A stretch of DNA of 61,867 nt, filler included. It is 4 parts of 4 records of this genome, joined end to end, with 100 filler letters (N's around TTAATTAATTAA, not from the genome) between each part and the next. Parts side by side here need not be neighbours in the genome. Positions count along the whole stretch, not along the records: positions 28,799 to 51,868 come from DRR723986_12814; 3 more parts are not named here. One strand, 5' to 3'. Under the pieces are notes generated by a model. The model worked only from the letters and a program-made list of their open reading frames with translations, did no database searches and was not told the origin of the DNA. Below are positions 41,301-49,951 of the stretch, piece after piece (positions within the stretch are counted from its first letter, which is position 1; each line of letters starts with the position of its first letter). A program made the position numbers and the translations under genes.

Positions 41301-41382
41301 TGTCCACTTTCGCCTTTTTATAGGCCTCGTACATCCGATCCATCGATATGAAGTCTTCTGGTAGCGGTGTATCTGGCTTCAT
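38308..41382 (-). CDS. Reverse transcriptase fused to C-terminal nitrilase/C-N hydrolase domain (UG1/UG5, DRT1-like defence RT)
   Basis: RT: MDLSRFYHNID, GIPVGLSCSPVIAN, YARYVDD. Nitrilase-like: LFPELSIP, QQKIVP, GVLVCSEL. Confidence 0.88.
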   Translation of the reverse strand: MKPDTPLPEDFISMDRMYEAYKKAKVDTFYDRSQAIGLGFAQFEASLSENLTSLRTKLVAQPEDEESWWFRNISFFGRYAYIPKTIAWEGKDSRSVICSDPWDEWEQAKLNSDIRATFRPVAQPTVAMHVVSALWVNLIGHKFDACLTSASRGTRLRRILTTSDTPKSKESRFHTTAIGSFYPYFDAYRNWRDEGLRAITRELESGNRVVAMTMDLSRFYHNIDSDFLTNPGFLDASNFREANGSDLSGAEQLFTAQLTCSFRTWAESLPTFDPQEPVGIPVGLSCSPVIANVLLSEFDILIEKQLAPVFYARYVDDIFLVIRENSHCKTQKDLLQFLSNSIPHLNVSGKNSEGLEYTPTYAEQSRLVFGAEKQQVFLLNGSIGQDFVDTIRARIDEVSSEWRLMPDLQGFTKSPAARVLTANKAPNEDADALRKADSLSVKRLSLASLLRQFEAAARDLPGKQWREPRAEFFDFAERHLLTPFRIFDFEGYLPRMLSLAVECCDWKIATRFVRRLSQAVDSLQEVCSLGAEEAQKVWLGFRRYLRRQLRLAVLRAVSPDKAGLVAVEKLFEAINKLQPGEDISEWIELSFDGNFRLNAQDIWLKDLAKRPLKEALLEYDCEYRKRFLDAVHELPHNIDDQGTLQIFPAYEDARELVSEFLSKARVEAPFSESVLCQAFLLPTRPLSPSEVTEVLPSTSSNPALLAKYVRALRGTYVRANSVSGDDEALVIGGPRKDSSIRLSVVSLLVSDESWAKAAGAKPDLSLDRYQRLTELTNQIVRVPKRSRPHYVLFPELSIPRRWLPTLASHFGQYGISVIAGAEYRHEDSKHVFNEAKIYLQDYRLGYRHQSVITQQKIVPAHGERDNLWKMFGLTFGPESQYAQKRLFKHFGFQFGVLVCSELTDIQQRARLRGAVDALFVLSWNRDLDSFAALVDSSALDIHCFIGLANNRKYGDGRVRAPYSDSWKRDLIRIKGGLEDYFVITQIEYSELRRFQSHHESPNDPFKPTPEGFQISRDRWMNPGA

Positions 41383-41406
41383 GTTTTTGTTTTAGTCTCG
41401 TGCTGT

Positions 41407-41535
41407 ATGTAGAGCCTGGATCTGTTACGACCTCGCGTTAAACACCTACCGCGGTGCGAAGCGATGAGCGAAACACGCAACGTACAATTTGCATAGCTTC
41501 TCAAGTTGTCGAGAGGTTCGGTGAATCACCTACAT
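41407..41535 (-). ncRNA. Candidate structured RNA upstream of the RT
   Basis: Closing stem AUGUAG/CUACAU enclosing hairpins at 41442-57, 41475-94, 41499-514 and 41520-30; folded by eye only. Confidence 0.35.
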
Positions 41536-41823
41536 TACTCACTGAATGGCGCTAGTTCATGGCTCGAAGCCAAAAACTTTGTATGCGAATTAGAAAGCTT
41601 TGCTCTGGCCGAGTAGCTGAATAATCAATCGATGACTCGCCACCACCTTTGTGACGATGAGAGTCGGCCCGATGCCGAAAAGCAACCATCAATATGCGGA
41701 GGGCGTCAGCACCGAGCGGGAAATGGCAATTGGGCACTCACCTGCGAACTCGGAACCCAGTACTATTGATGACCATGCACATACGTGCCGTCCCAAGGCG
41801 ACCGGATCATCACAATTGCTGTG

Positions 41824-43797
41824 CTAAGCTCTGTCATCATCCGGTTGCTCAGATTCTGATTCTTCCGACTCTCCGTACCACGCTTCTGGGATAAGTTTGT
41901 CGGGGCCTCTCCAGCGGAGCACAACAGCATCTTGATACCACTGATCTTTCAAGTCGGCGTGTTCGGTAATGATGACCTGGAATTTGCCCTTGAGTGATTC
42001 AACAGTATCGAAGATGAATTTAAACATGCGATTGACCGCTTCACGATCCTCGTCTCCGAGTTGCTCAATGTCTGACTCGCTACGAATTTCTGAGGGGAAG
42101 TAGTACTGAGCCGGTTGGTCGAGCATAAGGAAGCTGGGGACAGGTCGCTGTTTTGACACGAACCACTTGTGTAGAGCCAACAGGCAAGTCAGGTGATATC
42201 CGACCCAGTTTTCACCACTTCCCATTTGCGACAATGGAATCGGTCCTGTATCTCGATGGGAAACAACGGTCAGCTTCTTAATGTCGAAAACGAGTGGGTT
42301 TTCAGAGTGCTCCAAATTAAGGCGGCGTGACCATTGAGTAATGTCGTCGCCAATGATCTTCAGTGCAGATTCAAGCTTTTCATCTGTCTGGTTTTTCGAA
42401 AGGCTCTTCTCAAGCTCATCAACCTGATCTCGAAGTGCATCTCGCTTGTCAAACAATTCCGTAGACCCTGCGATGGTCTCGATGCTCTCCAAAAACAAAC
42501 TGATCCTTCCGACCACTCTAGCTTGGTTTGCCTCTTCACTACGCATTGTTGCCAGAGCTTCCTGCTGTGCAACAATGGATTCGATCGCAGTCTTGACTTC
42601 GGTAATCTGCCGACGAATTCCTGTCGCCTCAGCTTCCTTATTGTTGATGTATTCATCAAGTCGGGGCCGTTGCCTTGTCACTGTTTGAAGCTGGCGTTCA
42701 AGGTCAGCGAGCGAGCGATTCACTTCTTCGGCACTAGGCGTCGGTTTCTCAAGTTGCGAACTACACAGAGGACAAGCCTGCTCGCCATCCTCTTGCTGAA
42801 ATAGACCAATTGATACGAGTCGATTCCGCTGCTCCGTTGCTTCAATTGAGTACCCGTCCTGATCTCGACTGAACGCTTTAGCGGCCTCAATGTCTTTCTT
42901 TACGGAACGAAGTTCTTCTTGAAGCGAGTCTCGTTGTTCGCCGAGTCTCCCGAACTCACCATCGGCGTCAAATTCTACGGATTGCGGTATCCAATTGAGG
43001 CAATTGCGTAAGACCTCAGTTGTTGTGTCAAAATCAACAGGGGGATTAGAGTTGGCGATCACACCAGCTTGACTAGCCTCTGCGAACAAGGCGAGCGCCC
43101 GTGAATTGTCTCGCCCCTTGATTGCCTCCTCATCCTCGATTTTTCGTTCGACTAACTTCAGTTCACGGCGAGCACGTTGGAGGCGAAGTTGCCGGTCGAG
43201 TTGGTTGTCACCTACTGAGCCAAGAAAGTATGGCAGCGTGTCTTGAATCGTTCTTGGTGCCCAGCTTTCCTCCTGCCGGTAAAAGAGTAGCTTCTTATCT
43301 GATACACGGTTTTGATCTTGGTAGAGATAGAAGCGTGTGTGATCAATCGTCGCTCGAACAGGATCTCTGGAGTGTCCCTTAGGCGGGACATTCTCGTTGG
43401 GTGTGATCCGGGCGATTTCAGTGAGAAATGCGTTAAGAGCTTTCACGTTCGAGTTTGATTCCATATCACTCAGTTCAGGAATGACGTCCTCCGCTACAGG
43501 AGAGAAAAAGACATCTGAACCGGTTTGCTGATCTTCTGGCGGTATTGGTCGAGCGATCAAGACCAATCCAGTGTCTGTCCGAAGCAGCAAAGCATAAGCC
43601 ACCGCGGTATCACGAATGACGCCGTGAGCGACCTCGTAATCAGTCTTACCAAGGCAATAGTCAACGATGTCGATCAGTGCTGACTTGCCAGCCTTTGAAC
43701 CACCGGTAATCACATTGACTACACCAGGCTTCAGCCGAACGGAACTACGTTCACCGGCAGCATTGAACACTGCAATTTCGATAATCTGAAAACTCAT
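41824..43797 (-). CDS. lmuB: Lamassu/ABC-three-component SMC-like ATPase (DUF3732)
   Basis: Walker A ITGGSKAGKS, coiled coils with CPLC hook, signature MGSGENW, Walker B FLMLDQP, ITEH. Confidence 0.85.
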   Translation of the reverse strand: MSFQIIEIAVFNAAGERSSVRLKPGVVNVITGGSKAGKSALIDIVDYCLGKTDYEVAHGVIRDTAVAYALLLRTDTGLVLIARPIPPEDQQTGSDVFFSPVAEDVIPELSDMESNSNVKALNAFLTEIARITPNENVPPKGHSRDPVRATIDHTRFYLYQDQNRVSDKKLLFYRQEESWAPRTIQDTLPYFLGSVGDNQLDRQLRLQRARRELKLVERKIEDEEAIKGRDNSRALALFAEASQAGVIANSNPPVDFDTTTEVLRNCLNWIPQSVEFDADGEFGRLGEQRDSLQEELRSVKKDIEAAKAFSRDQDGYSIEATEQRNRLVSIGLFQQEDGEQACPLCSSQLEKPTPSAEEVNRSLADLERQLQTVTRQRPRLDEYINNKEAEATGIRRQITEVKTAIESIVAQQEALATMRSEEANQARVVGRISLFLESIETIAGSTELFDKRDALRDQVDELEKSLSKNQTDEKLESALKIIGDDITQWSRRLNLEHSENPLVFDIKKLTVVSHRDTGPIPLSQMGSGENWVGYHLTCLLALHKWFVSKQRPVPSFLMLDQPAQYYFPSEIRSESDIEQLGDEDREAVNRMFKFIFDTVESLKGKFQVIITEHADLKDQWYQDAVVLRWRGPDKLIPEAWYGESEESESEQPDDDRA

Positions 43798-44294
43798 GGT
43801 GAAATCCCCAGTAAGGCATAGACTGTTTCGACTGACCCTGCGTCAGCAAGCCAACGACCGACAAACTCGCTTCGACGCCAGCACTCACCAATTTCAGGTG
43901 ACAACTGAGGAAACTTCGTTTTCCCCTTCATCTTGGCGGTTCCCTCGTGCAAGAAGTTCAACTCATCAAGTACGATTGCACTTCGATGAACAGAAAAGAT
44001 GATCGATTCTTTCGTGTACGGGATCAACTCCTTGATCCTTTCGGGAAAATCAATGAGTAGCTCACGGCGTTCCTGCAACCAAGTTGGAAAGGTTGTTCTG
44101 ATATTGGCAGGCAGTGCTTTGCGAGTACCGGGGTGTAAAACCAACGGAAGCACGAGTGGAGCTAACGCAAAGGGCATTCCTTTCGGGTGGACCGATTCAT
44201 ACCCGCCAACCGCACGCCTTATCATCAGTCCCGAGAAGGCTGGGTTTAGTAAATTCGCTACGATCTGTGACCGCTCGTTCCACGAATCAAGCAT
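43794..44294 (-). CDS. lmuC: Lamassu/ABC-3C middle component
   Basis: ANLLNPAF, LVLPLVLH..TR..LP, GRWLA....VYALLGI; overlaps both neighbours (translational coupling). Confidence 0.8.
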   Translation of the reverse strand: MLDSWNERSQIVANLLNPAFSGLMIRRAVGGYESVHPKGMPFALAPLVLPLVLHPGTRKALPANIRTTFPTWLQERRELLIDFPERIKELIPYTKESIIFSVHRSAIVLDELNFLHEGTAKMKGKTKFPQLSPEIGECWRRSEFVGRWLADAGSVETVYALLGISP

Positions 44295-45507
44295 TATCAG
44301 CGGTCTCCAACAACTTATCGAGGACACTTCCAATGTCATCGGGGTGCCAAATAATCCGAGCTTTGTCTACGAGCATGTGGAACGACCCTCGTGCCATATA
44401 AGCCGAGACGAATTCTGGGCGAATAAAGAACGATGGGCGTACGCCTGCGGATTCCTGCACCCATTCGTAGATTCGCTTCCCAAGCTCAGCTCTTGCTGCG
44501 CCATCTAATTTCTCAATTCCGTCGAGAGCGATTGCAACCTTGCTGGCCCACTCGTTGAGCAGTCGATCTTCATACGCTTCCTCTTCATCAATCCTGAGCA
44601 GCGTTTCACGGACCCATCGAGAACGCTGCTCGTATGCTCGGTAATGGTCGTCCTGTGCAACCCGAATCACACGTCGATTGTCGAAGACTCGCCGCAATTC
44701 AGCAACGAACGTCCGATCATCGTCAGTGAGCGTTTGATCCACTGGGACAATCGCATCCAAGAGGTCATCTGGAAGGTTATCCCTTTTGAACTGGTCCAGT
44801 AGATCACGGATCTGACGGTGAATTAAACTTACCTGGATCCCTTTGTTCGTATTCTGCGAAAGGTGTTCAACTGCTACACGGAACCACCACCCCTCCAGTC
44901 GGTCAGCAAATCCTCTCAAGTGCTTTTCTGGTTCTTCAACCGAGAAACGAAGCTCACGCTCAATGAGCAGTCGGGTATCCAGGATGTCAGGTGAGGCATC
45001 GATCAGGAACATGTTCTTGAAAAGCAACTTGCGTTCGCTGACCTTCAATTTCGTCAGTTCCTTGAACGCTGGAATGACCGTTTTGTTACTCGACTCTGCA
45101 CCAGCCGTTTCAATTTTGTTGCGAGCCTCCTCTACTTTCCGATTCTCACTGCGCAACAATGCCACTGCAGTGCCGGAACTCGCAGTTGCTGTTGCGACCA
45201 GTGAGAAAATCGTGTGCTCTGGATCGAGTTCCCCCTTGCGAATTTTCTCGGACCAAACACGTAATGTCTTCCACAGGTCCACCGACTTGTCTGTAACGCT
45301 GGCAGTTTTAGTAAGTGAGTGCTTGTACTGGAGTACTTCAGCAGCCGTCGAAGGTCCATTTGTCGGGGCGAATGAAACGTCGTCGACGACTTCTAGCGAC
45401 AGCAGATCCGACGACTCATCATGTTGCATGCCGAGCAAGAGCGCGCTGCGCACTTGGTGCAGATAGCCTATGGCTTGCCCAGAGGCATCGAACTTACCGT
45501 TTTGCAT
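44287..45507 (-). CDS. lmuA: Lamassu effector: N-terminal PD-(D/E)xK (Cap4-like) nuclease plus ABC-3C C-terminal domain
   Basis: GYLHQ, LEVVDDV, LQYKHS, DLWKTL; C-terminal QRSRWVRE, RGSFHML..K..I.WHP. Confidence 0.78.
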   Translation of the reverse strand: MQNGKFDASGQAIGYLHQVRSALLLGMQHDESSDLLSLEVVDDVSFAPTNGPSTAAEVLQYKHSLTKTASVTDKSVDLWKTLRVWSEKIRKGELDPEHTIFSLVATATASSGTAVALLRSENRKVEEARNKIETAGAESSNKTVIPAFKELTKLKVSERKLLFKNMFLIDASPDILDTRLLIERELRFSVEEPEKHLRGFADRLEGWWFRVAVEHLSQNTNKGIQVSLIHRQIRDLLDQFKRDNLPDDLLDAIVPVDQTLTDDDRTFVAELRRVFDNRRVIRVAQDDHYRAYEQRSRWVRETLLRIDEEEAYEDRLLNEWASKVAIALDGIEKLDGAARAELGKRIYEWVQESAGVRPSFFIRPEFVSAYMARGSFHMLVDKARIIWHPDDIGSVLDKLLETADNA

Positions 45508-45737
45508 GTGTTCCCTGTCTGAATCAAGAGCCGCTTGGAAATCTTCGACGAGTTAATTGCCCCCGCCGTCAGGATGTCGCCGGCACCCGCACATTAACTA
45601 GCTCCCAGCAAGTTTAAGAAAGACGCAGAATGCCAGCAAGCGGCGCGGCGCTCTTGATCGGACGACGAAATCAACCCCGGTGTAGAGCCGCGCTCCGGTA
45701 GCAGGCACTCCGGAGCGTCTTTGCAGCAGAACATTTG

Positions 45738-45983
45738 CTACTTTGCCAACCGCTTCTCCAACGCCCTAATGAACTTTGGTAGGGATGTGCCAAGAGCGTG
45801 GCAGAGAATCCGCAATTGGATTACGTCAAGCACTCGCTCGCCGCGTTCGAGTTTGCTGACGAAAGACTGCGTTACGCCAAGTTGAGAAGCCAAGTCGACT
45901 TGGGTGAGACCGGCTTTGCTGCGGTGTTCTCTCAGTAAATCAACGACATGCCGGTATTCACTGCTAAAGATGGTCTTTTCCAC
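45738..45983 (-). CDS. XRE-family HTH transcriptional regulator
   Basis: GLTQVDLASQLGVTQSFVSKLERGER; AAGGA RBS before GTG. Confidence 0.88.
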   Translation of the reverse strand: MEKTIFSSEYRHVVDLLREHRSKAGLTQVDLASQLGVTQSFVSKLERGERVLDVIQLRILCHALGTSLPKFIRALEKRLAK

Positions 45984-46027
45984 GGTGTCGGTCCTTTTTG
46001 AAAAAAGAACCTAAAGTCCATTCCGGA

Positions 46028-46046
46028 ATAGTCCAAAACGGACTAT
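46028..46046. promoter_or_regulatory. Candidate operator inverted repeat between divergent genes
   Basis: ATAGTCC-aaaac-GGACTAT, plus an extra AGTCC at 46015 and the TTCCGGAA palindrome. Confidence 0.45.
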
Positions 46047-46097
46047 CTTGTGTGTTGTTCCTCGTATGGTGGGACTTTCAATGCACAGGAGAGACGG

Positions 46098-46865
46098 ATG
46101 TTATCGAACGAGAGATTTTGGCGATTTTGGATCTATTTTCTTGGGGTCTGCTTGCTAGTGCCGGGGGCGGAGACGCAATCAGCGATCGTGCTCAACATGG
46201 CTTTGCGGACTGTTGAGGGACCCGGCGGCAACAACAGTTTTGAGACGTTCCTTGGATTTCAGTCAGCCTTTGATCCTCAAGTTCAGATCCGCATGCCTGA
46301 TGGCGAAGTCTATTCTGGCGGTGTCAATCGCAGCCACAGTTCTCTGGCAGCTTTGCAGGCCGCAACGATTGGGCGCTGGCAGGTGACTACACCTACCAAA
46401 AGCGGTGCTTTCACATTGGGAAGTTTCTCAGCCGCAAATTTTCCGGCTCAACCACGAGTTCGGAATTCTGATCCAGTGTCATCATCGTTCATATTGGACC
46501 TTAACAGTGAAGATTTCAGTGATGCTGGCGAACCCGCCGTCCTCGTGGACGATATCAGCAACACGATAGACACTTCCTTTCTGTTTTCGATTTATGGAGA
46601 CGGTGATAGCGTTGATGTTCCGTTGCTGCCTGGAGAGACCATGGGATCCTTCAATTTGTTTTCGATAGGGACTGAACGGCAGAATCCATCACAATTCTTA
46701 AGCAGTCTTACAGGTGATATGGACATGCTATCAAGCCATCAGGTTTCGTTTCAAGCTATCAGTCCATCTCGTCGTCTGACAGTCAACGCTGTACCTGAAC
46801 CAAGTGCCTTAGCGTTCTGCATGATCATCACTGGTCTAGCTACACACAGGCGACGCCAGTCTTGA
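46098..46865 (+). CDS. PEP-CTERM sorting domain protein
   Basis: Signal peptide; C-terminal VPEPS-TM-RRR. Confidence 0.85.
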   Translation: MLSNERFWRFWIYFLGVCLLVPGAETQSAIVLNMALRTVEGPGGNNSFETFLGFQSAFDPQVQIRMPDGEVYSGGVNRSHSSLAALQAATIGRWQVTTPTKSGAFTLGSFSAANFPAQPRVRNSDPVSSSFILDLNSEDFSDAGEPAVLVDDISNTIDTSFLFSIYGDGDSVDVPLLPGETMGSFNLFSIGTERQNPSQFLSSLTGDMDMLSSHQVSFQAISPSRRLTVNAVPEPSALAFCMIITGLATHRRRQS

Positions 46866-47105
46866 AGTGCCGTGCAAGGAAGACACGGAAGTGCGTCGGT
46901 GTCGATCCGGATCGCAGCGATAAAGTTTCGTGCGACTAAGCGATGTCTCACGTTAAATCACGTGCATCACATGGGAGGGGACGCACTCCTGCGTCCCGTA
47001 TGACAGCTTAGAGTGATAATTTTCATTACGGAAAATAGTGGCCGCGATGGGTATCACGTCGACAACGACCGCAGTTTGCAGCCATTGGCGGGAAATCAGT
47101 TGCTG

Positions 47106-47351
47106 TCACTCATGAATCGCCTTGTCAGGTGCACTGGATAGCTTTGCTGTGCCCGGGCTTAAAGTCAATAGATGGCACTGCATCGAAAGTTGCAGCAATT
47201 CGTCCTGGGGCAATCTACTTGAAAATGCGACACGGTCCTCGTGGCTTGCCGTGCGTTGCATATGTCTGCAGATTGACTCTAGTTTACGTAGATCAGCTCG
47301 CAGCAATCGGCCTAGCTCTATGACGTTTTGTAGCTCTCGTGTCATGGTCAC
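47106..47351 (-). CDS. Hypothetical small protein
   Basis: GAGGTG RBS-like sequence; helical 81-aa ORF. Confidence 0.35.
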   Translation of the reverse strand: MTMTRELQNVIELGRLLRADLRKLESICRHMQRTASHEDRVAFSSRLPQDELLQLSMQCHLLTLSPGTAKLSSAPDKAIHE

Positions 47352-47761
47352 CTCGGGCAGCTGGTGGCCGGATGCTAGAACGCCTCAAGACAAGGCACCG
47401 CGTATTAAGCTCAGAGAGCCCTATTTCGCGGTCATCCGACCGCTACGCCGAATGTCTTGCCGGGTTCTAATCCGAGTCAGAGAACGCCTCTGACAATCAG
47501 ACCTTACCACCGTTCAGCATGACTCTCAAGGAAATTGTGGCTTACTGCCACTGTGTGACGTCTTGGTGACGAGGCATCGCCGACCTCACGCTGTATGCGT
47601 TCAGGTCCAGCAGTTTGCGTAGCAAAACATCACCTGCATCTGAGACCACAGATTCGATTCCAAACTGTGAAAGCTTACGTCAATAGAAGTTGTCGCGAAG
47701 CATTTCAATTAACGTGACTTCAAGGCTTGAAATCGATAATTAGCCGTGGCAGTTTCGCCGT

Positions 47762-48337
47762 ATGGAAGGAAAAAGCGATAAAGAGCTCTTATCTCTATTA
47801 CTGCGCGAGCAGTTTACGCGTGTGGCAGACCAGTCTCTGGAAGAACTAGCCCGCGCTGGTCCCCACGAACTGTCGCTCACAGCCGTCGCCTACGAACGAT
47901 TGATGGCCGGAATTGAGCTTGGTCGTCGTGTCAATGAACAAAAAACAAACTACAACCAGAGAATTACATCAAGCAGCATCGCGATCAACTTTTGCCGGAC
48001 TCATTTCCATCGCCTAATAGCGGACGGCCTACAGGAGGAGTTTCACGTCGTAACGCTCGACACGAAGCATCGAATGATTGCCTCACATCAGATTACTGTC
48101 GGTACTCTCGACGCATCCCTGGTGCATCCGCGAGAAGTCTTTCGCACAGCCATCCGAGATTCATCAAGTTCGGTCCTGCTTGCGCACAACCATCCCTCCG
48201 GGGACCCTACTCCGAGTCAGGAAGATATCGTAGTGACCAATAGATTGACAGAAGCAGGTAAACTCATCGGGATCACGGTGTTGGATCATATCGTTCTCGC
48301 TCGCGAAAGCTGCACAAGCATCCGCGAGTTCGTTTAG
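47762..48337 (+). CDS. radC: RadC family JAB-domain protein
   Basis: VHPREVF, AHNHPSGDPTPSQED, LDHIV. Confidence 0.93.
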   Translation: MEGKSDKELLSLLLREQFTRVADQSLEELARAGPHELSLTAVAYERLMAGIELGRRVNEQKTNYNQRITSSSIAINFCRTHFHRLIADGLQEEFHVVTLDTKHRMIASHQITVGTLDASLVHPREVFRTAIRDSSSSVLLAHNHPSGDPTPSQEDIVVTNRLTEAGKLIGITVLDHIVLARESCTSIREFV

Positions 48338-48354
48338 GCTCCCTTACAAAAGCC

Positions 48355-48981
48355 TCAGTCCTCGGTGGGCGTTTCAGCCTGCACTCTGCGGACGAGCTCA
48401 TCTAGGTCTGCTTCGTGTTGATCTACTCGACGTGTCACAGCCTTCAAGCCTTCGTCCATAAAGAGCTGTATCAGCTCGGCGTATTCGTTCCCACAGGCCT
48501 GGAAGTTCGCTGGAGACGGCAACGCGTCGCCACCCAACCAAGACCAAAGTGCAGCGTCTGCTGGCAGCACTCGATGTCGAACTATGGCATGCGTAGGAAC
48601 TGACGAACAACAAACCGTTCCGAAGTGTTCAAGGCTCGATCGCCAAAGCCACTGGAACTGCGTCGGATCCGAACCAGGCAATGCCGCTTCAACACTTCCG
48701 TGCGTGGAAGGAGCGGAGACTATACGTGCTATGAACTCATCATCCGGGTACAGTCTGCCAACCTTCGTGTAGTCGACTTCGATGATAGCCATTTCACCAC
48801 CACCAACAGTGGCCTCTGACGCGTAGTAGACTGGATAAACTGTACTGAGATAGACGAACTCAGGCTTTGATTGCCAGCCACCTTTCCAATTGCCCTCTTC
48901 CCCTGTCGAGGTGCGTGGGAGGATCCCATCGCGGATAATTGCGTCTAGATGTATCGAACTTGTTCCATGGTAGAGACGCAT
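48355..48981 (-). CDS. Hypothetical protein with ADP-ribosyltransferase-like motifs
   Basis: LYHGTS...I..DGILP, VYLS, YA, IIEVD pattern. Confidence 0.5.
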   Translation of the reverse strand: MRLYHGTSSIHLDAIIRDGILPRTSTGEEGNWKGGWQSKPEFVYLSTVYPVYYASEATVGGGEMAIIEVDYTKVGRLYPDDEFIARIVSAPSTHGSVEAALPGSDPTQFQWLWRSSLEHFGTVCCSSVPTHAIVRHRVLPADAALWSWLGGDALPSPANFQACGNEYAELIQLFMDEGLKAVTRRVDQHEADLDELVRRVQAETPTED

Positions 48982-49034
48982 TGCAGTCTCAAAGAACTAT
49001 TTGGCGATTGGAAAGAAAGAGCGGCATAAGCAAT

Positions 49035-49295
49035 CTAAGGAGCGGGCTCCAGTTTCTCTCGCTGATCCGCCTGTTGCTGGGCGTGGATCCAGCTGTGAGC
49101 TAGATCGGCAACTTTCGCGACCAACAACAGATCATCACGGCCGAAGCTCTTGGAGTGTTTCCATTGTTCACCGTCCTTGTAACCTCGTTCGATTGCGACA
49201 TTGTAGTACTTGCCGTCCTTGACTTCGTTTGCGAAGACGGACGCCGCAACGGCGCCCAATCTGATCCGGTGGATTGGTTTGCTAGAATCTGACAT
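49035..49295 (-). CDS. Small putative ssDNA-binding (PC4/SpoVG-like fold) protein
   Basis: AAAGGAG RBS; KP.H.IRLGAV.ASVF.N...YNV..ER.YKDGEQWK.S.SF..DDL. Confidence 0.55.
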   Translation of the reverse strand: MSDSSKPIHRIRLGAVAASVFANEVKDGKYYNVAIERGYKDGEQWKHSKSFGRDDLLLVAKVADLAHSWIHAQQQADQREKLEPAP

Positions 49296-49951
49296 GTTAG
49301 CTCCTTTCGATTTGCTACATGGCCCTGAGTAACACGAAAAGATCAACAAAGCAACTAGTTGCGTCGCACCGCTGATGCAAGCGAAGCTATGCATCTGCAA
49401 TGAGTCCACTCAATACATAGTGTCGCCACAAAGAATGCAAGCAATCGTGCACTGAAAGGTCATCCTGGGGAGGCCACTTGGGTGAATTCAGGCACGTGGG
49501 AAAATCGACCTATGCGGTAGCAATCGCAGAGGTCGTTGGGGCCAGAAACTTGATACTTGCAGGCGACCGAGGGCTCCTCGGCCGCCAGGCGTTGTCAAAT
49601 CCGATAGAGTTCGAAGGGCCTTTTCTGTTTAACCGTCGACGTATCGCAGGCCGATTTAGATCGGTGCGAACAGCAGTTGAAAAGTGCGTTGCCAGAGACA
49701 GGAACACGGAGCAAGCATACGGAGCTCCGGTGCAATGTCTTGCGCTTCAAGCTTCTGGATATCGCCGATGAGCTGATCGAGATCGCTAGCACGAAACACG
49801 TCCGCCGCGAGTAATACGAAGAACGTTTTCATCGACAAGCAGTTTCGCAGATACCTTGAACAGCCACTGGATCTTGATGGCGTTTACTACCAAATAGCGT
49901 GGTGGATCATCTTGAAATACAAACGACGCTTGCATGAGCCCTGGCTTGTCG

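Noticed and set aside
38308-41382. RT as a group II intron, retron or DGR enzyme
   Set aside because: No maturase/HNH domain, no retron VTG motif and no TR/VR repeat pair seen; the nitrilase fusion points to the UG/DRT class
41552-41737. 61-aa ORF upstream of the RT as a DRT1b-like partner
   Set aside because: No transmembrane segment, TTG start without an evident RBS, unconvincing composition
46978-46997. GGGACGCA-ctcc-TGCGTCCC hairpin
   Set aside because: Single isolated hairpin without a U tract or further copies; function cannot be supported
49410-49951. Short ORF fragments downstream of intI
   Set aside because: Multiple stops and no recognisable family; possibly decayed sequence but not supportable
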